64,000 nucleotides of DNA from an uncultured Candidatus Saccharibacteria bacterium. GTDB lineage: Bacteria; Patescibacteriota; Minisyncoccia; Phycocordibacterales; UBA9973. The first letter of the stretch is position 1, and each line of letters opens with the position of its first letter. Under the pieces are notes generated by a model, which saw nothing but the letters and a program-made list of their open reading frames with translations, was not told where the DNA came from and made no database searches. The DNA lies in assembly GCA_964645245.1 (NCBI GenBank), contig CAZYBS010000001.1, forward strand, positions 91,388-155,387, given 5' to 3'. The translations under genes were made by a program, and so were the position numbers. Below are positions 24,932 through 34,081 of the stretch, in pieces.

Positions 24932-26275
24932 ATGTCGTTAGATGATTTAAGTAAATTAGTAACTCCAAAACCAGTAGTTGAGAATACTGCGGATAGAGCT
25001 GCAACCGCGGCAGGAAGTTTTGAGGAAAGGAAAGCGGATATTGAGAGAAGAAAAAAAGGGGAGATACTTAACTTACCAAAAGTAAAAAGATACATAGGAT
25101 TTCTTGCGCAGATGCTGGCGTCAGTAAAAAAAGAGGAGGAAAAAGATGAGATTATAAGGAATCTAAAGGAGATTAGCGATGCACCAGAGGGATTCTTTAA
25201 AAAATTAGTGGGCCTGGTAAAAGAGGAGGAAAAATCAGAAGCTCAAAAGATAGTCACTGAAATAGGGGTAATCAATGCAAAATATGATGCTGAATTGTCC
25301 CGAGAAGCGACCGTGGGGAAAATTGGCATTGGCAGTAGAATTTTACAAGAGGGGAAAACTTATGTAGTAAAAGAACTGCCTAGCGCAGACAATAATGGGG
25401 AGTATGTGGTGGAAGATGAAGAGGGGGGAATTTATAGATCCAAACAAGAAGACGTAAGAGAAGCATTTGAAAGCGGAAAAGCGGTTCTGTTGGGAATAGA
25501 CAAGGCAGAACCTCTAGGGCCCGCAGAAGAAGTGGATACAAAAACCAAACTAAAAGCAGCACTGGAAAGAGAAGAGGCAGAACTTAGGCGAGCTTCCGAA
25601 GAGGCGGAGAGATATATAATGATGCACATAGAAACCTTAAAAAGAGAAGGCGCGGGCATGATTGGCTCCATTGAATTGAATGTGAGAGCGCAAGATTTTT
25701 TCAAAGGTATTAGCCACGAATATCTATCTTCTCCGCTGGGACGAGAGCTTAAAGGCAAAATCTATGATTTAGAAAGGCAATACAGAGAAGCGCTCAAAGA
25801 ATCGGAGGAAAGGCCTGACGCTTCAATAACAGTGGAAGGCAAAGAAGTATCTATGTATAGAGCAATGATGGATTCCGCCCGCAAAGCTTTTAATGGCAGG
25901 GATGGCAACATAATTAATTTGCAAACCGGAGAATTTAGTCTTAAATTCACTGAAGATTGGCGCAAAAGATATACTGGCCCAAAGTTGGGTACATTTATAA
26001 GCAGAATTATAAAAAGAGCTGAGAAAGATTTCATAGCTGAAATCTTTGCTAGTAGAATTGAAACTCCAAAAATCCCTACGGCCAAGGCTGAAGAATGGAC
26101 AGAAGCCGACGAAAAAGCATTGGCGGAAATTGAGAGAAGGCTCGCGCAAATAGATGAGATTGAGAGAAAGAGGAAAGAAGAATTAGAAAAAATAGAAAGA
26201 GCACTCTATAGGGAAGTTATTTCTGGGCAAATCAACGCCAAATATGACGCAATGCTTGCAGAATTAGAAAAATAA
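24932..26275 (+). CDS. Hypothetical coiled-coil protein rich in E and K
   Basis: 447 aa, highly charged, no recognisable domain. Confidence 0.45.
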   Translation: MSLDDLSKLVTPKPVVENTADRAATAAGSFEERKADIERRKKGEILNLPKVKRYIGFLAQMLASVKKEEEKDEIIRNLKEISDAPEGFFKKLVGLVKEEEKSEAQKIVTEIGVINAKYDAELSREATVGKIGIGSRILQEGKTYVVKELPSADNNGEYVVEDEEGGIYRSKQEDVREAFESGKAVLLGIDKAEPLGPAEEVDTKTKLKAALEREEAELRRASEEAERYIMMHIETLKREGAGMIGSIELNVRAQDFFKGISHEYLSSPLGRELKGKIYDLERQYREALKESEERPDASITVEGKEVSMYRAMMDSARKAFNGRDGNIINLQTGEFSLKFTEDWRKRYTGPKLGTFISRIIKRAEKDFIAEIFASRIETPKIPTAKAEEWTEADEKALAEIERRLAQIDEIERKRKEELEKIERALYREVISGQINAKYDAMLAELEK

Positions 26276-26280
26276 ATTTT

Positions 26281-27516
26281 ATGGACCAGCCACCTGAAAC
26301 AATAACAGAAAGATTAAAAAGGGAACGAGAAAAGCTCCTGGCAAAACGTGCTCGGGCTAAAAAGCCTACAACGGGAGAAAATGCCGCACCGGAAATAAAA
26401 ACCCCGGCGCAAAGAATCCTTTCCCAAGAAGAAATTGACGCGCTGTTGTTCTCGGCGATTAAGAAAACCCCGCTTGCGGCGGAAACACCGAAAGTAGTAA
26501 AAACAGTAGAGCCCATGAGACCTTTGGAAACCAGACCTCCGGCCGAGGTTATGCCCACAGGTGAAACTTCTGAAGCTGACGCAAGATACGAAGAGGCCAA
26601 GAGGCTTGTGGGGGCAGATCCAATATCGGTTTCTTTTCTGCAGCGGAACTTCAGAATAGGATTTAGCGAGGCAGCAAGATTGAAAGACAGGCTGGAAGAT
26701 GAAAGAGCGGGACATGTTCCCCCGCCAGTTGCCCCAGTAGAACCAGCGCCAACTTTCAAAATACCGCCAGAGTGGACAAAACCGACAATGCCTCCGGGTG
26801 AGGCAACGCCTCCGCTTGAATCAAATCCAGACTTGCGAGGAAGCTTTTATTTTATTGAAAACTCACAAAGGCGTCAGGCAGAAATACTGGAAGGACGAAA
26901 TCCATATGGGCTTGTGTTTAGAGGGTTAGAGGCTGATGTCAGGCGAGAGATAGAAGGCCTGTCTTCGGTGGTTTCCTTGCCAAAAGACAGAGAACTCTTG
27001 AATTTATTAAGGGGAAGTCAAGACAGGCTTTCCAGGGCAGCAGAATTAACGATACCGGCGGAAACACTCGCGCCTGCGCCTTCTAGGCCTCCGGTAGAAA
27101 GAATGGAAGACAAAAAAGCGCAAGCGATAGCCAGGCTGAGAGAGACAATAGGAAGAAACGAGGAAATAATAGCAAGTGCACATAGAGAGTTAAGAGAGAT
27201 TGAAGTAAGGCTCGATCGAAAACGTAAAAATGAGGTAGAAATAGAAATTGGAAAACTGGAAGAGAAACAAAAAAGGATTGGCAGATTCGTTGGAAAGGGA
27301 AAGGGTGAAGTCTGGTGGAAGAGGGGTTTAAATATAATAATATTGGAAGGGCTAGTTTTTGGAACCCTAGGAGGATATCTCGTTTATGTTGTGGTAAAAG
27401 ATAGGAGGATTACAAAAAGATTAAAAGAACTGGATCGGGAAGAAATTATTTTAAGGAAAAAAATTTTAGAGGCGGAAAGATTAGAAAGGGAAAGACTAAA
27501 TGAAGAAAATTATTAA
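26281..27516 (+). CDS. Hypothetical membrane-anchored protein with an FtsK-gamma-like winged helix
   Basis: GADPISVSFLQRNFRIGFSEAARLKDRLEDE resembles the FtsK gamma-domain consensus (…QRRFRIGYNRAARIIEQME…). Coiled coil, then a C-terminal TM (LNIIILEGLVFGTLGGYLVYVVV). Confidence 0.45.
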   Translation: MDQPPETITERLKREREKLLAKRARAKKPTTGENAAPEIKTPAQRILSQEEIDALLFSAIKKTPLAAETPKVVKTVEPMRPLETRPPAEVMPTGETSEADARYEEAKRLVGADPISVSFLQRNFRIGFSEAARLKDRLEDERAGHVPPPVAPVEPAPTFKIPPEWTKPTMPPGEATPPLESNPDLRGSFYFIENSQRRQAEILEGRNPYGLVFRGLEADVRREIEGLSSVVSLPKDRELLNLLRGSQDRLSRAAELTIPAETLAPAPSRPPVERMEDKKAQAIARLRETIGRNEEIIASAHRELREIEVRLDRKRKNEVEIEIGKLEEKQKRIGRFVGKGKGEVWWKRGLNIIILEGLVFGTLGGYLVYVVVKDRRITKRLKELDREEIILRKKILEAERLERERLNEENY

Positions 27517-27563
27517 ATAACATACCCGCCGACGCTTAAAGCTAAGGCGAGCCAAGTAAAAAT

Positions 27564-28766
27564 ATGTCAGAAATAGAAGATGCATTAAGAAGAGCACAAG
27601 GAAGGAAAGAAAAACCTGCTCCCAAAACAAGGGACGAGCAAAGAGCCGAAGAGCTTAGACGAATTGTTGGAGAAGCGGCAAAAAGCAACAGAGAAGCAAT
27701 GGCAGCTTTGGAAAGAGCCGAAAGGGGCGAGGATATAGATTTCACTCCAGGAGGAAGGGGGACAAGAAGTCAAGGCGATCGGGCAAGGGAAAACGATTTA
27801 AGGAGGCAGATATCTGCTTCATATGAAGATCGGGGGCCTGGGACCGTTGCGAGATTAAAAACGCCGTCTCCCCTTGAACCCCCAGAACCCTTAACTCCTC
27901 CGGGTCGAGAACTAAGTTTAAAAGAAAGAGCGGAGGAAAATGGGTACGTTGTTTTGGATGAACAAGATATCAGAAGAGCAATTATGATAGATTGGGAGTT
28001 TGTTTTAAGAAAGGAAAAATTAAGCTTTGGTAAACCGATAGAAATAACAGCAGACTATGACGAAGATGATGGTTATTTGTTAAATATAGATATACACATC
28101 AAAAAGAAAAGAGGAATTTTGCCTGCTTCCAATTTGTACATTAGGGTACCCGTTAGTAACGTATATTCACGTTTGTTTTTCAAACAACCGTTATTCACTG
28201 GAAATAGGAGGTTAATGCTCACACATGGTAGCATATTAGGTTCAAAAATAGGTACATTGGATTCAACCCTTAATAAGTGTATGGAAGTAAAATGCGGTAA
28301 AAAAATGGAACGTATAATGATGGGGGGTAAAATGATTATCGGTGAACCCTCTTCTTATTTAGATTCAGATGTTCCAGCAGATTTATATACCCCAGTGGAA
28401 AGAAGAGATGATTTAACAGGAGCAGATGATACCCGGCATTCGATTAGAAAATTCCTATTCCTAAGGAAAATACCGGAAGCACTGGAGAAGCCGGAGGAGC
28501 AGGCCTCATGGTTGCAGCAAGAAATTGCGGAATTGCGTAGAGAAAATGAAAGAATGATGCAAAAAAAAGAACTTCCTGAAATTTCAAGTGGGTTCTGGGA
28601 CTTCGTTGAAAGCATCCCAAGACGCACTGTAAGAATCCCAAGCCGTGTCTTTAACTCCTTTAAAAGAAAAATAATGAGAAACTGGAATAATGGAAAAATT
28701 GTTAAACTAAGTAAAAAATTAGAAGGAAATAAAAGTAAAATAGAAAGAGAAAGCAGAAGGAGATGA
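27564..28766 (+). CDS. Hypothetical charged/coiled-coil protein
   Basis: 400 aa, no recognised domain. Confidence 0.45.
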   Translation: MSEIEDALRRAQGRKEKPAPKTRDEQRAEELRRIVGEAAKSNREAMAALERAERGEDIDFTPGGRGTRSQGDRARENDLRRQISASYEDRGPGTVARLKTPSPLEPPEPLTPPGRELSLKERAEENGYVVLDEQDIRRAIMIDWEFVLRKEKLSFGKPIEITADYDEDDGYLLNIDIHIKKKRGILPASNLYIRVPVSNVYSRLFFKQPLFTGNRRLMLTHGSILGSKIGTLDSTLNKCMEVKCGKKMERIMMGGKMIIGEPSSYLDSDVPADLYTPVERRDDLTGADDTRHSIRKFLFLRKIPEALEKPEEQASWLQQEIAELRRENERMMQKKELPEISSGFWDFVESIPRRTVRIPSRVFNSFKRKIMRNWNNGKIVKLSKKLEGNKSKIERESRRR

Positions 28767-28787
28767 TTGTTATGTTATATTAGATAA

Positions 28788-31700
28788 GTGATTAAGAATG
28801 CGCAACATCTAAGAGGACTAAATAAACGGCAAAGAGAAGCGGCGAGTCATATGAAGGGTCCGCTGCTTATCGTTGCGGGAGCGGGAGCAGGAAAAACTAA
28901 AACAATAACGCATAGAATTGTAAATTTAATAAAGGAAGGAGTGCCTCCGGAGCGTATTTTGGCTGTCACTTTTACCAATAAAGCAGCCGAGGAGATGCGG
29001 GGGCGGATTAGCTCTGCAATAAAAGATAACTTCGTCGGTAATCCTTTTTCAGAGGTCCTCGGTTCTCCGGGTCCCTATCCCGGCCAGACCATCCGAAAAA
29101 GCATTACCGACTCCGTGCCTTTCGTCAGCACTTTTCACTCTTTGGGAGTTTTTATAATCAAAGAAAATGCAAAAATCTTGAAGCTGACTCGGTATTTTAG
29201 CATTTTGGACGAAGATGATTCAAAAACTCTCATCAAAGAAATTATCAAAGAGTTGGGCCACGATCCAAAAGAACATTCGCCCGGTAAAATAAGGGTGATA
29301 ATAAGCATTGAAAAAGGAAAATTTGTTACTCTGGAAAATTACAGGCAAAATATCCGGGGCTCTTTTCAGGAACTGGTAGCCAATGTATGGAAAATTTATG
29401 AAGAGAGAAAGGCAAAAGAGAATTCACTGGACTTTGATGACCTGCTTTTAAAGGCGACCAAACTATTAAAGGAAAATGAGCAGATTAGAAAAATTTATCA
29501 AGAAAGGTGGGAATATATCCATATTGACGAATATCAGGACACCAACGAAGTGCAATATTTAATGTCCAAACTTCTGTCTGAAAACAATAACAACATAGCT
29601 GTTGTAGGCGACACAGACCAATGTCTTATTAAAGGCACAAAAATAACAATGGCCGATAGCACTTTTAAACCCATTGAAAATATAAAAAGGGGCGACCTTG
29701 TGCTGTCAAATTATGGAAGCGGAGATTTTAGACCAGCTAAAGTTATTGGGAGAAAAAATCTAAAATTCAAGGGAAATTTAATCAAAATTAAAACAGAGAA
29801 AGGGAAAATTATTACCAGCACCCCCGATCATATTCACTTTGCCGGATATCGCCTTGGGCTAACTCCACAGATATATCTGAACTACTTAATGTATAAAAAA
29901 AATGCGGGTTGGCGCATAGGCACCACATCAATACATACAAAAGGGCAAAAGAAACCCGTAGTAGGATTTATACAAAGGTCCAACCAAGAACACGCCGATG
30001 CCACATGGGTCATCGCTACCCACAAAACACAAAGAGAGGCCCGCATAAAGGAATATCAGTTATCGCTGAGATATCAAATACCAACTTTGCCATTTGTACC
30101 TCGTAGGGGTTTTAGCATTAATGGTTACGTGCATGACAATACTGCCTTGAAAGAAATTTTTTCTTCTTTTAATACTGAAAATTCTGCTTTAAAACTACTC
30201 TCTGGGCTTGGTCTTTCACGAGACCATCCACATCATCAGCCTCAGGCTCGAAATGCGAACAGAAGAAATATAAATATTACTTTGTGCGCAGACAGGCGCG
30301 GCAAAAATCCAATGCATCTTATTTCAACATTTGGTAATGACGATATTGGTAGGAAAAAACTGGAGTCCTTTGGCTTTTCTGTCCGTCCAGCGAAAAAAAA
30401 CACAAAGAATTGGCGATTTGAGACAGTTCGAGCTGACTATGGAGAGGCTTACTTATTGGCTACAAAAATAGCTTCGGTCTTTTCCGAAACCAATCTTATA
30501 TTGAGTGCTCGACTTGGTGGTATGAAAACCAATTCTCGTGACGGCAACTCACTTCCACACCTGCCAGCCAGCTCTATTATGCCCGGCATGGCTCTTTTTG
30601 TTCAGGGCGGTTACGATATTGTTTCAAAAGTTTCACAGATCCCAACATCTAAAATAAAAGTGTTTGATCTTGATATAGAAAAAACCCATAATTTTATGGC
30701 AAATGATATAGTAACTCATAATTGTATTTACTCCTGGCGCGGAGCGAATTTAAAAAATATTTTGAGCTTTGAAAAAGATTATCCGAATGCGAAAATAATC
30801 CTCTTGGAGGAAAATTATAGGTCAACAAAAAATATTCTGGAAGCGGCCAACGTTATAATCAAAAAAAATAAATACCGGCCAGAAAAAAATTTATTCACAA
30901 AAAATAAAAGTGGCGAGAGAATTGGCCTCTATGAAGCGCTCAATGAAAATGACGAAGCGGACTTCGTGGCGACAAAAATTTTAGAAATAATGGACGGCTC
31001 CGTCTCTTCAAATTTTTTCTCGCTACGTACCGCCAAGCGTAATTCCTCACTCGAAAAAATTGAAGAAGACTTCGCTTTAGAAATTCAAAAAGGGGTTGGT
31101 AGTGATTTTTTGAATGGTGACGTTGCGAAGCAGGATATCCTGAGAAAAAATACTACCAACCCCTTTTTGTCAGAAATCGCAATCCTTTACCGGGCGAACT
31201 TTCAGTCGCGCGCGCTGGAGGAAGCAATGTTAAGATATAATATCCCATATCAAGTCTTGGGTGTTAAATTTTTTGAAAGAAAAGAAATTAAAGATACCCT
31301 GGCCTATCTGCGCGCCGCATTAAATAGAGACAGCCTCTCGGATATAAAAAGAATAATAAATTTCCCGGCGCGGGGCATCGGCAAGGCTACGCTGGCTAAA
31401 ATTTTTGCCACCGCCAGGGCGGGGCAAGCAAATGATATGGAAAATCTGCCGATAAAAATGAAAATTAAGATCAATAATTTCTACAAAATTCTGGAAGAAA
31501 TAAAAATAAAAATCGCGGAAGAAAAAGCGAGCGCGGTGATAAAATTCGTAGTCAAACATTCCGGCATCGAGAGAGAATTGGGGGAAGGCGGGGAAGAGGA
31601 GATGGAGAGACTGGCAAACATTAAAGAACTTGCGACCCTCGCCTTAAAATACGACAATCTGGCAAACGCAAAAGATAATATAAGCGGTATTGAAAGGCTT

Positions 31701-32138
31701 TTAGAGGATGCGGCGCTGGCATCAGACCAGGATTCGTTGATGATAAGTGAGGGCGTTGCCTCCGAGAAAAAGAAAAATAACGGGGTAAAATTGATGACCG
31801 TGCACGCCTCAAAAGGACTTGAGTTTAAATATGTTTTTGTCGTCGGACTGGAAGACGGACTATTCCCCGCCCGCAACGCCTCGCGTAGCGAGGCGGGCGG
31901 GCCCAATAAAAGAGACGAGGAGACAAAAAATAAAGAGGACTCCGAAGAAGAACGCAGGCTTTTTTATGTGGCAGTCACGCGCGCCAAAGAAAAATTATTT
32001 TTATCGTTCGCGAATTTCCGCACCATCTTCGGAGCCCTTCAAATAAACGCTCCATCGGAATTTATTTCCGATATTCCAGGAAACCTATTAGACCCCGTCG
32101 CTCACGAGCGACGGGGAGAAAAAATTATCTACATATGA
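28788..32138 (+). CDS. UvrD/PcrA-family superfamily-1 DNA helicase interrupted by an intein
   Basis: Walker A AGAGAGKTKTI, motif Ia TFTNKAAEEM, motif II IHIDEYQDTN, and …VGDTDQ[intein]CIYSWRGA (motif III). Later motifs follow. Confidence 0.85.
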   Translation: MIKNAQHLRGLNKRQREAASHMKGPLLIVAGAGAGKTKTITHRIVNLIKEGVPPERILAVTFTNKAAEEMRGRISSAIKDNFVGNPFSEVLGSPGPYPGQTIRKSITDSVPFVSTFHSLGVFIIKENAKILKLTRYFSILDEDDSKTLIKEIIKELGHDPKEHSPGKIRVIISIEKGKFVTLENYRQNIRGSFQELVANVWKIYEERKAKENSLDFDDLLLKATKLLKENEQIRKIYQERWEYIHIDEYQDTNEVQYLMSKLLSENNNNIAVVGDTDQCLIKGTKITMADSTFKPIENIKRGDLVLSNYGSGDFRPAKVIGRKNLKFKGNLIKIKTEKGKIITSTPDHIHFAGYRLGLTPQIYLNYLMYKKNAGWRIGTTSIHTKGQKKPVVGFIQRSNQEHADATWVIATHKTQREARIKEYQLSLRYQIPTLPFVPRRGFSINGYVHDNTALKEIFSSFNTENSALKLLSGLGLSRDHPHHQPQARNANRRNINITLCADRRGKNPMHLISTFGNDDIGRKKLESFGFSVRPAKKNTKNWRFETVRADYGEAYLLATKIASVFSETNLILSARLGGMKTNSRDGNSLPHLPASSIMPGMALFVQGGYDIVSKVSQIPTSKIKVFDLDIEKTHNFMANDIVTHNCIYSWRGANLKNILSFEKDYPNAKIILLEENYRSTKNILEAANVIIKKNKYRPEKNLFTKNKSGERIGLYEALNENDEADFVATKILEIMDGSVSSNFFSLRTAKRNSSLEKIEEDFALEIQKGVGSDFLNGDVAKQDILRKNTTNPFLSEIAILYRANFQSRALEEAMLRYNIPYQVLGVKFFERKEIKDTLAYLRAALNRDSLSDIKRIINFPARGIGKATLAKIFATARAGQANDMENLPIKMKIKINNFYKILEEIKIKIAEEKASAVIKFVVKHSGIERELGEGGEEEMERLANIKELATLALKYDNLANAKDNISGIERLLEDAALASDQDSLMISEGVASEKKKNNGVKLMTVHASKGLEFKYVFVVGLEDGLFPARNASRSEAGGPNKRDEETKNKEDSEEERRLFYVAVTRAKEKLFLSFANFRTIFGALQINAPSEFISDIPGNLLDPVAHERRGEKIIYI
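29622..30722 (+). mobile_element. Intein (~367 aa) inserted in helicase motif III of uvrD/pcrA
   Basis: Block A CLIKGTKITMADS, block B TPDHIHF, block F VFDLDIEKTHNFMAN, block G DIVTHN, followed by extein Cys+1 (CIYSWRGA). The central ~200 aa lacks a clear LAGLIDADG/HNH motif. Confidence 0.8.
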
Positions 32139-32190
32139 CCCATTCAAAAAATTCAGGGTCATGGTGATAGAATAGAACCATGACACACAA
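32137..32190. repeat. Repeated hairpin element (gacccattc…GGGTCATGGTGA-loop-GAACCATGAC), copy 2; its 3' arm contains the ksgA start codon
   Basis: Nearly identical to 22263-22315. Confidence 0.55.
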
Positions 32191-33091
32191 AGCAAAAAGA
32201 TCACTTGGACAAAATTTTTTGAAATCAGAAATAGCGCTCCGGAAGATTATTGAAGCGGGAGAGGTGAAAAAAGATGACGTAATTCTTGAAATTGGTCCGG
32301 GGAAGGGAGCACTGACAGAAAAATTACTAGAGCGTATTTACCCCCACCCGGCCTCCCCCTATGTAGGGGGAGGTGCCAAAGGCGGAGGGGGTATGGTCAT
32401 AGCCGTAGAAAAAGACCGCGAGCTTTTTGAGTTTTTGAAAGTTAAATTTGAAAAGGAAATAAATATACGTTCTCTTATACTAGTACATGATAACATACTA
32501 AATTTCAATACTAGAACCTATAACCTAGAACCTAGAACCTATAAAGTGATTGCCAACATCCCCTACAACATTACCGGCGCAATTTTAAAAAAATTCCTGA
32601 CAGAAGAAAATCAGCCTGAAAGCATGGTATTGATGGTTCAAAACGAGGTGGCCAAAAGAATTACCACCCCAAACCCCTCCTCAACAAGGAGGGGAGGGAA
32701 AGAAAGCATATTGTCTATTTCGGTGAAAGCGTACGGGGAGCCGAAAATGATAATGAAGGTGGAAAAGCGATATTTTTCGCCCCAGCCGAAAGTGGACTCG
32801 GCTGTAATTACCATAAAAAACATTTCCCGAAAAATATTTGAAACCCCACCCCAACCCTCCCCAAAGGAGAGGGAAGAATCCAAATCCTCCCCCTTGGGGG
32901 GAGGTCGGGAGGGGGTAAACGAGGATAAATTTTGGAAAATAGTAAAAGCAGGCTTTGCGCACAAGCGAAAAAAACTCTCCAGCAACCTAAAAGGCATTCT
33001 TGCCTGTCAAGGGGCGCCCTTGACACTGGTTAAAGACAAAAGGGCAGAGGATTTAGCGCTTGCAGACTGGATTGCGCTTGCGAAAATGTGA
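32180..33091 (+). CDS. rsmA: 16S rRNA (adenine1518/1519-N6)-dimethyltransferase RsmA/KsgA with four in-frame repeat insertions
   Basis: QNFL…, …LEIGPGKGALT… and …IANIPYNIT… are KsgA motifs. Inserts: IYPHPASPYVGGGAKGGGGM, TRTYNLEPRTY, PNPSSTRRGGKES and PQPSPKEREESKSSPLGGGREGVN. Confidence 0.85.
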   Translation: MTHKAKRSLGQNFLKSEIALRKIIEAGEVKKDDVILEIGPGKGALTEKLLERIYPHPASPYVGGGAKGGGGMVIAVEKDRELFEFLKVKFEKEINIRSLILVHDNILNFNTRTYNLEPRTYKVIANIPYNITGAILKKFLTEENQPESMVLMVQNEVAKRITTPNPSSTRRGGKESILSISVKAYGEPKMIMKVEKRYFSPQPKVDSAVITIKNISRKIFETPPQPSPKEREESKSSPLGGGREGVNEDKFWKIVKAGFAHKRKKLSSNLKGILACQGAPLTLVKDKRAEDLALADWIALAKM

Positions 33092-33160
33092 TATAATTAA
33101 GCCATAATTAAATTAGATTGGTTAAAACACAAAAGAACGCTTTGGATTGCTTTTGCAGTT

Positions 33161-34063
33161 GTGTTCATTATTTTGCTTTTTTTCTCAAAAAACAAGTCAA
33201 TATTTAAAAATCCCCTCGACTTTGCTCGGGGCAAGCAAGAAAATAAACTAGAACAAGAAGGACTAACTTATGGCAACGAAATACTTGGTAATTTAGTAAA
33301 TAAAGACACCGATTTGGACGGAGTCCTGGATTGGGAAGAGTCCTTATGGGGAACGAATCCAAATAAAAAAGATACGAACGGTGACGGAGTTGGAGATGAT
33401 GTTGAAATAGAAAATTTAAAGCTCGCCCGACTGGACGACACCAGTCGTTCGGGCGGGAAGCTAACAGAGCAAGATAATGAAAACTTGACGGAAACAGATA
33501 AATTTTCCAGAGAATTTTTTGCAACCATTGCCACACTCAACCAGAGTGGGCAAATGGACCAAGCTACGGTAGATAAATTGAGCAGCTCGTTAGCGGAGCA
33601 TATACAAAATTCCCCTCCAAGAAAAGTGTTCTTACTTTCTGATGTGAAAATAATAAAAGACGACAGTGTCCAAGCTGTAAAAAATTACAACAACAATTTA
33701 AATAAAATTCATGATAAATATCAAACAGAGCGTACTGTTATTGATGTACTACAAGAATTCATAGCTGATGAAAATAATATTAACGCAGGTGTGTTATTGG
33801 AACTTGATCCAATAGTAGAACAAACACAAAATGTAATAAACGAACTGGTAAAAATGAGTGTGCCTCAATCCCTCTCGGTACTCCACTTAGATATGATAAA
33901 TGCCATGGAAAGATTAGTGGAAAATATCAGCGACATAAAGCTTTACGATACTGACGTCATCGTATCTTTAAGCGCCATCAGCCAGTATGACCAAAACACG
34001 ACCACACTGCAGTCAGCTATAAACAGTCTTGCGGGCGCAATAGGTAAAAAATTGAACAATTAA
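33161..34063 (+). CDS. Hypothetical membrane-anchored/secreted protein with Asp-rich calcium-binding-like repeats
   Basis: The listed ORF starts at GTG. An upstream in-frame signal-anchor (KHKRTLWIAFAVVFIILLFF) suggests the true start is earlier. DTDLDGVLDW…DTNGDGVGDD are TSP3/dockerin-like repeats. Confidence 0.45.
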   Translation: MFIILLFFSKNKSIFKNPLDFARGKQENKLEQEGLTYGNEILGNLVNKDTDLDGVLDWEESLWGTNPNKKDTNGDGVGDDVEIENLKLARLDDTSRSGGKLTEQDNENLTETDKFSREFFATIATLNQSGQMDQATVDKLSSSLAEHIQNSPPRKVFLLSDVKIIKDDSVQAVKNYNNNLNKIHDKYQTERTVIDVLQEFIADENNINAGVLLELDPIVEQTQNVINELVKMSVPQSLSVLHLDMINAMERLVENISDIKLYDTDVIVSLSAISQYDQNTTTLQSAINSLAGAIGKKLNN

Positions 34064-34081
34064 AAAGAAAATTGTATAATA

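Noticed and set aside
31320-33091. Multiple minus-strand ORFs of 63-141 aa inside uvrD and ksgA, several spanning the GC-rich repeat inserts.
   Set aside because: Antisense artefacts, enriched because the palindromic GC-rich repeats read open in many frames.
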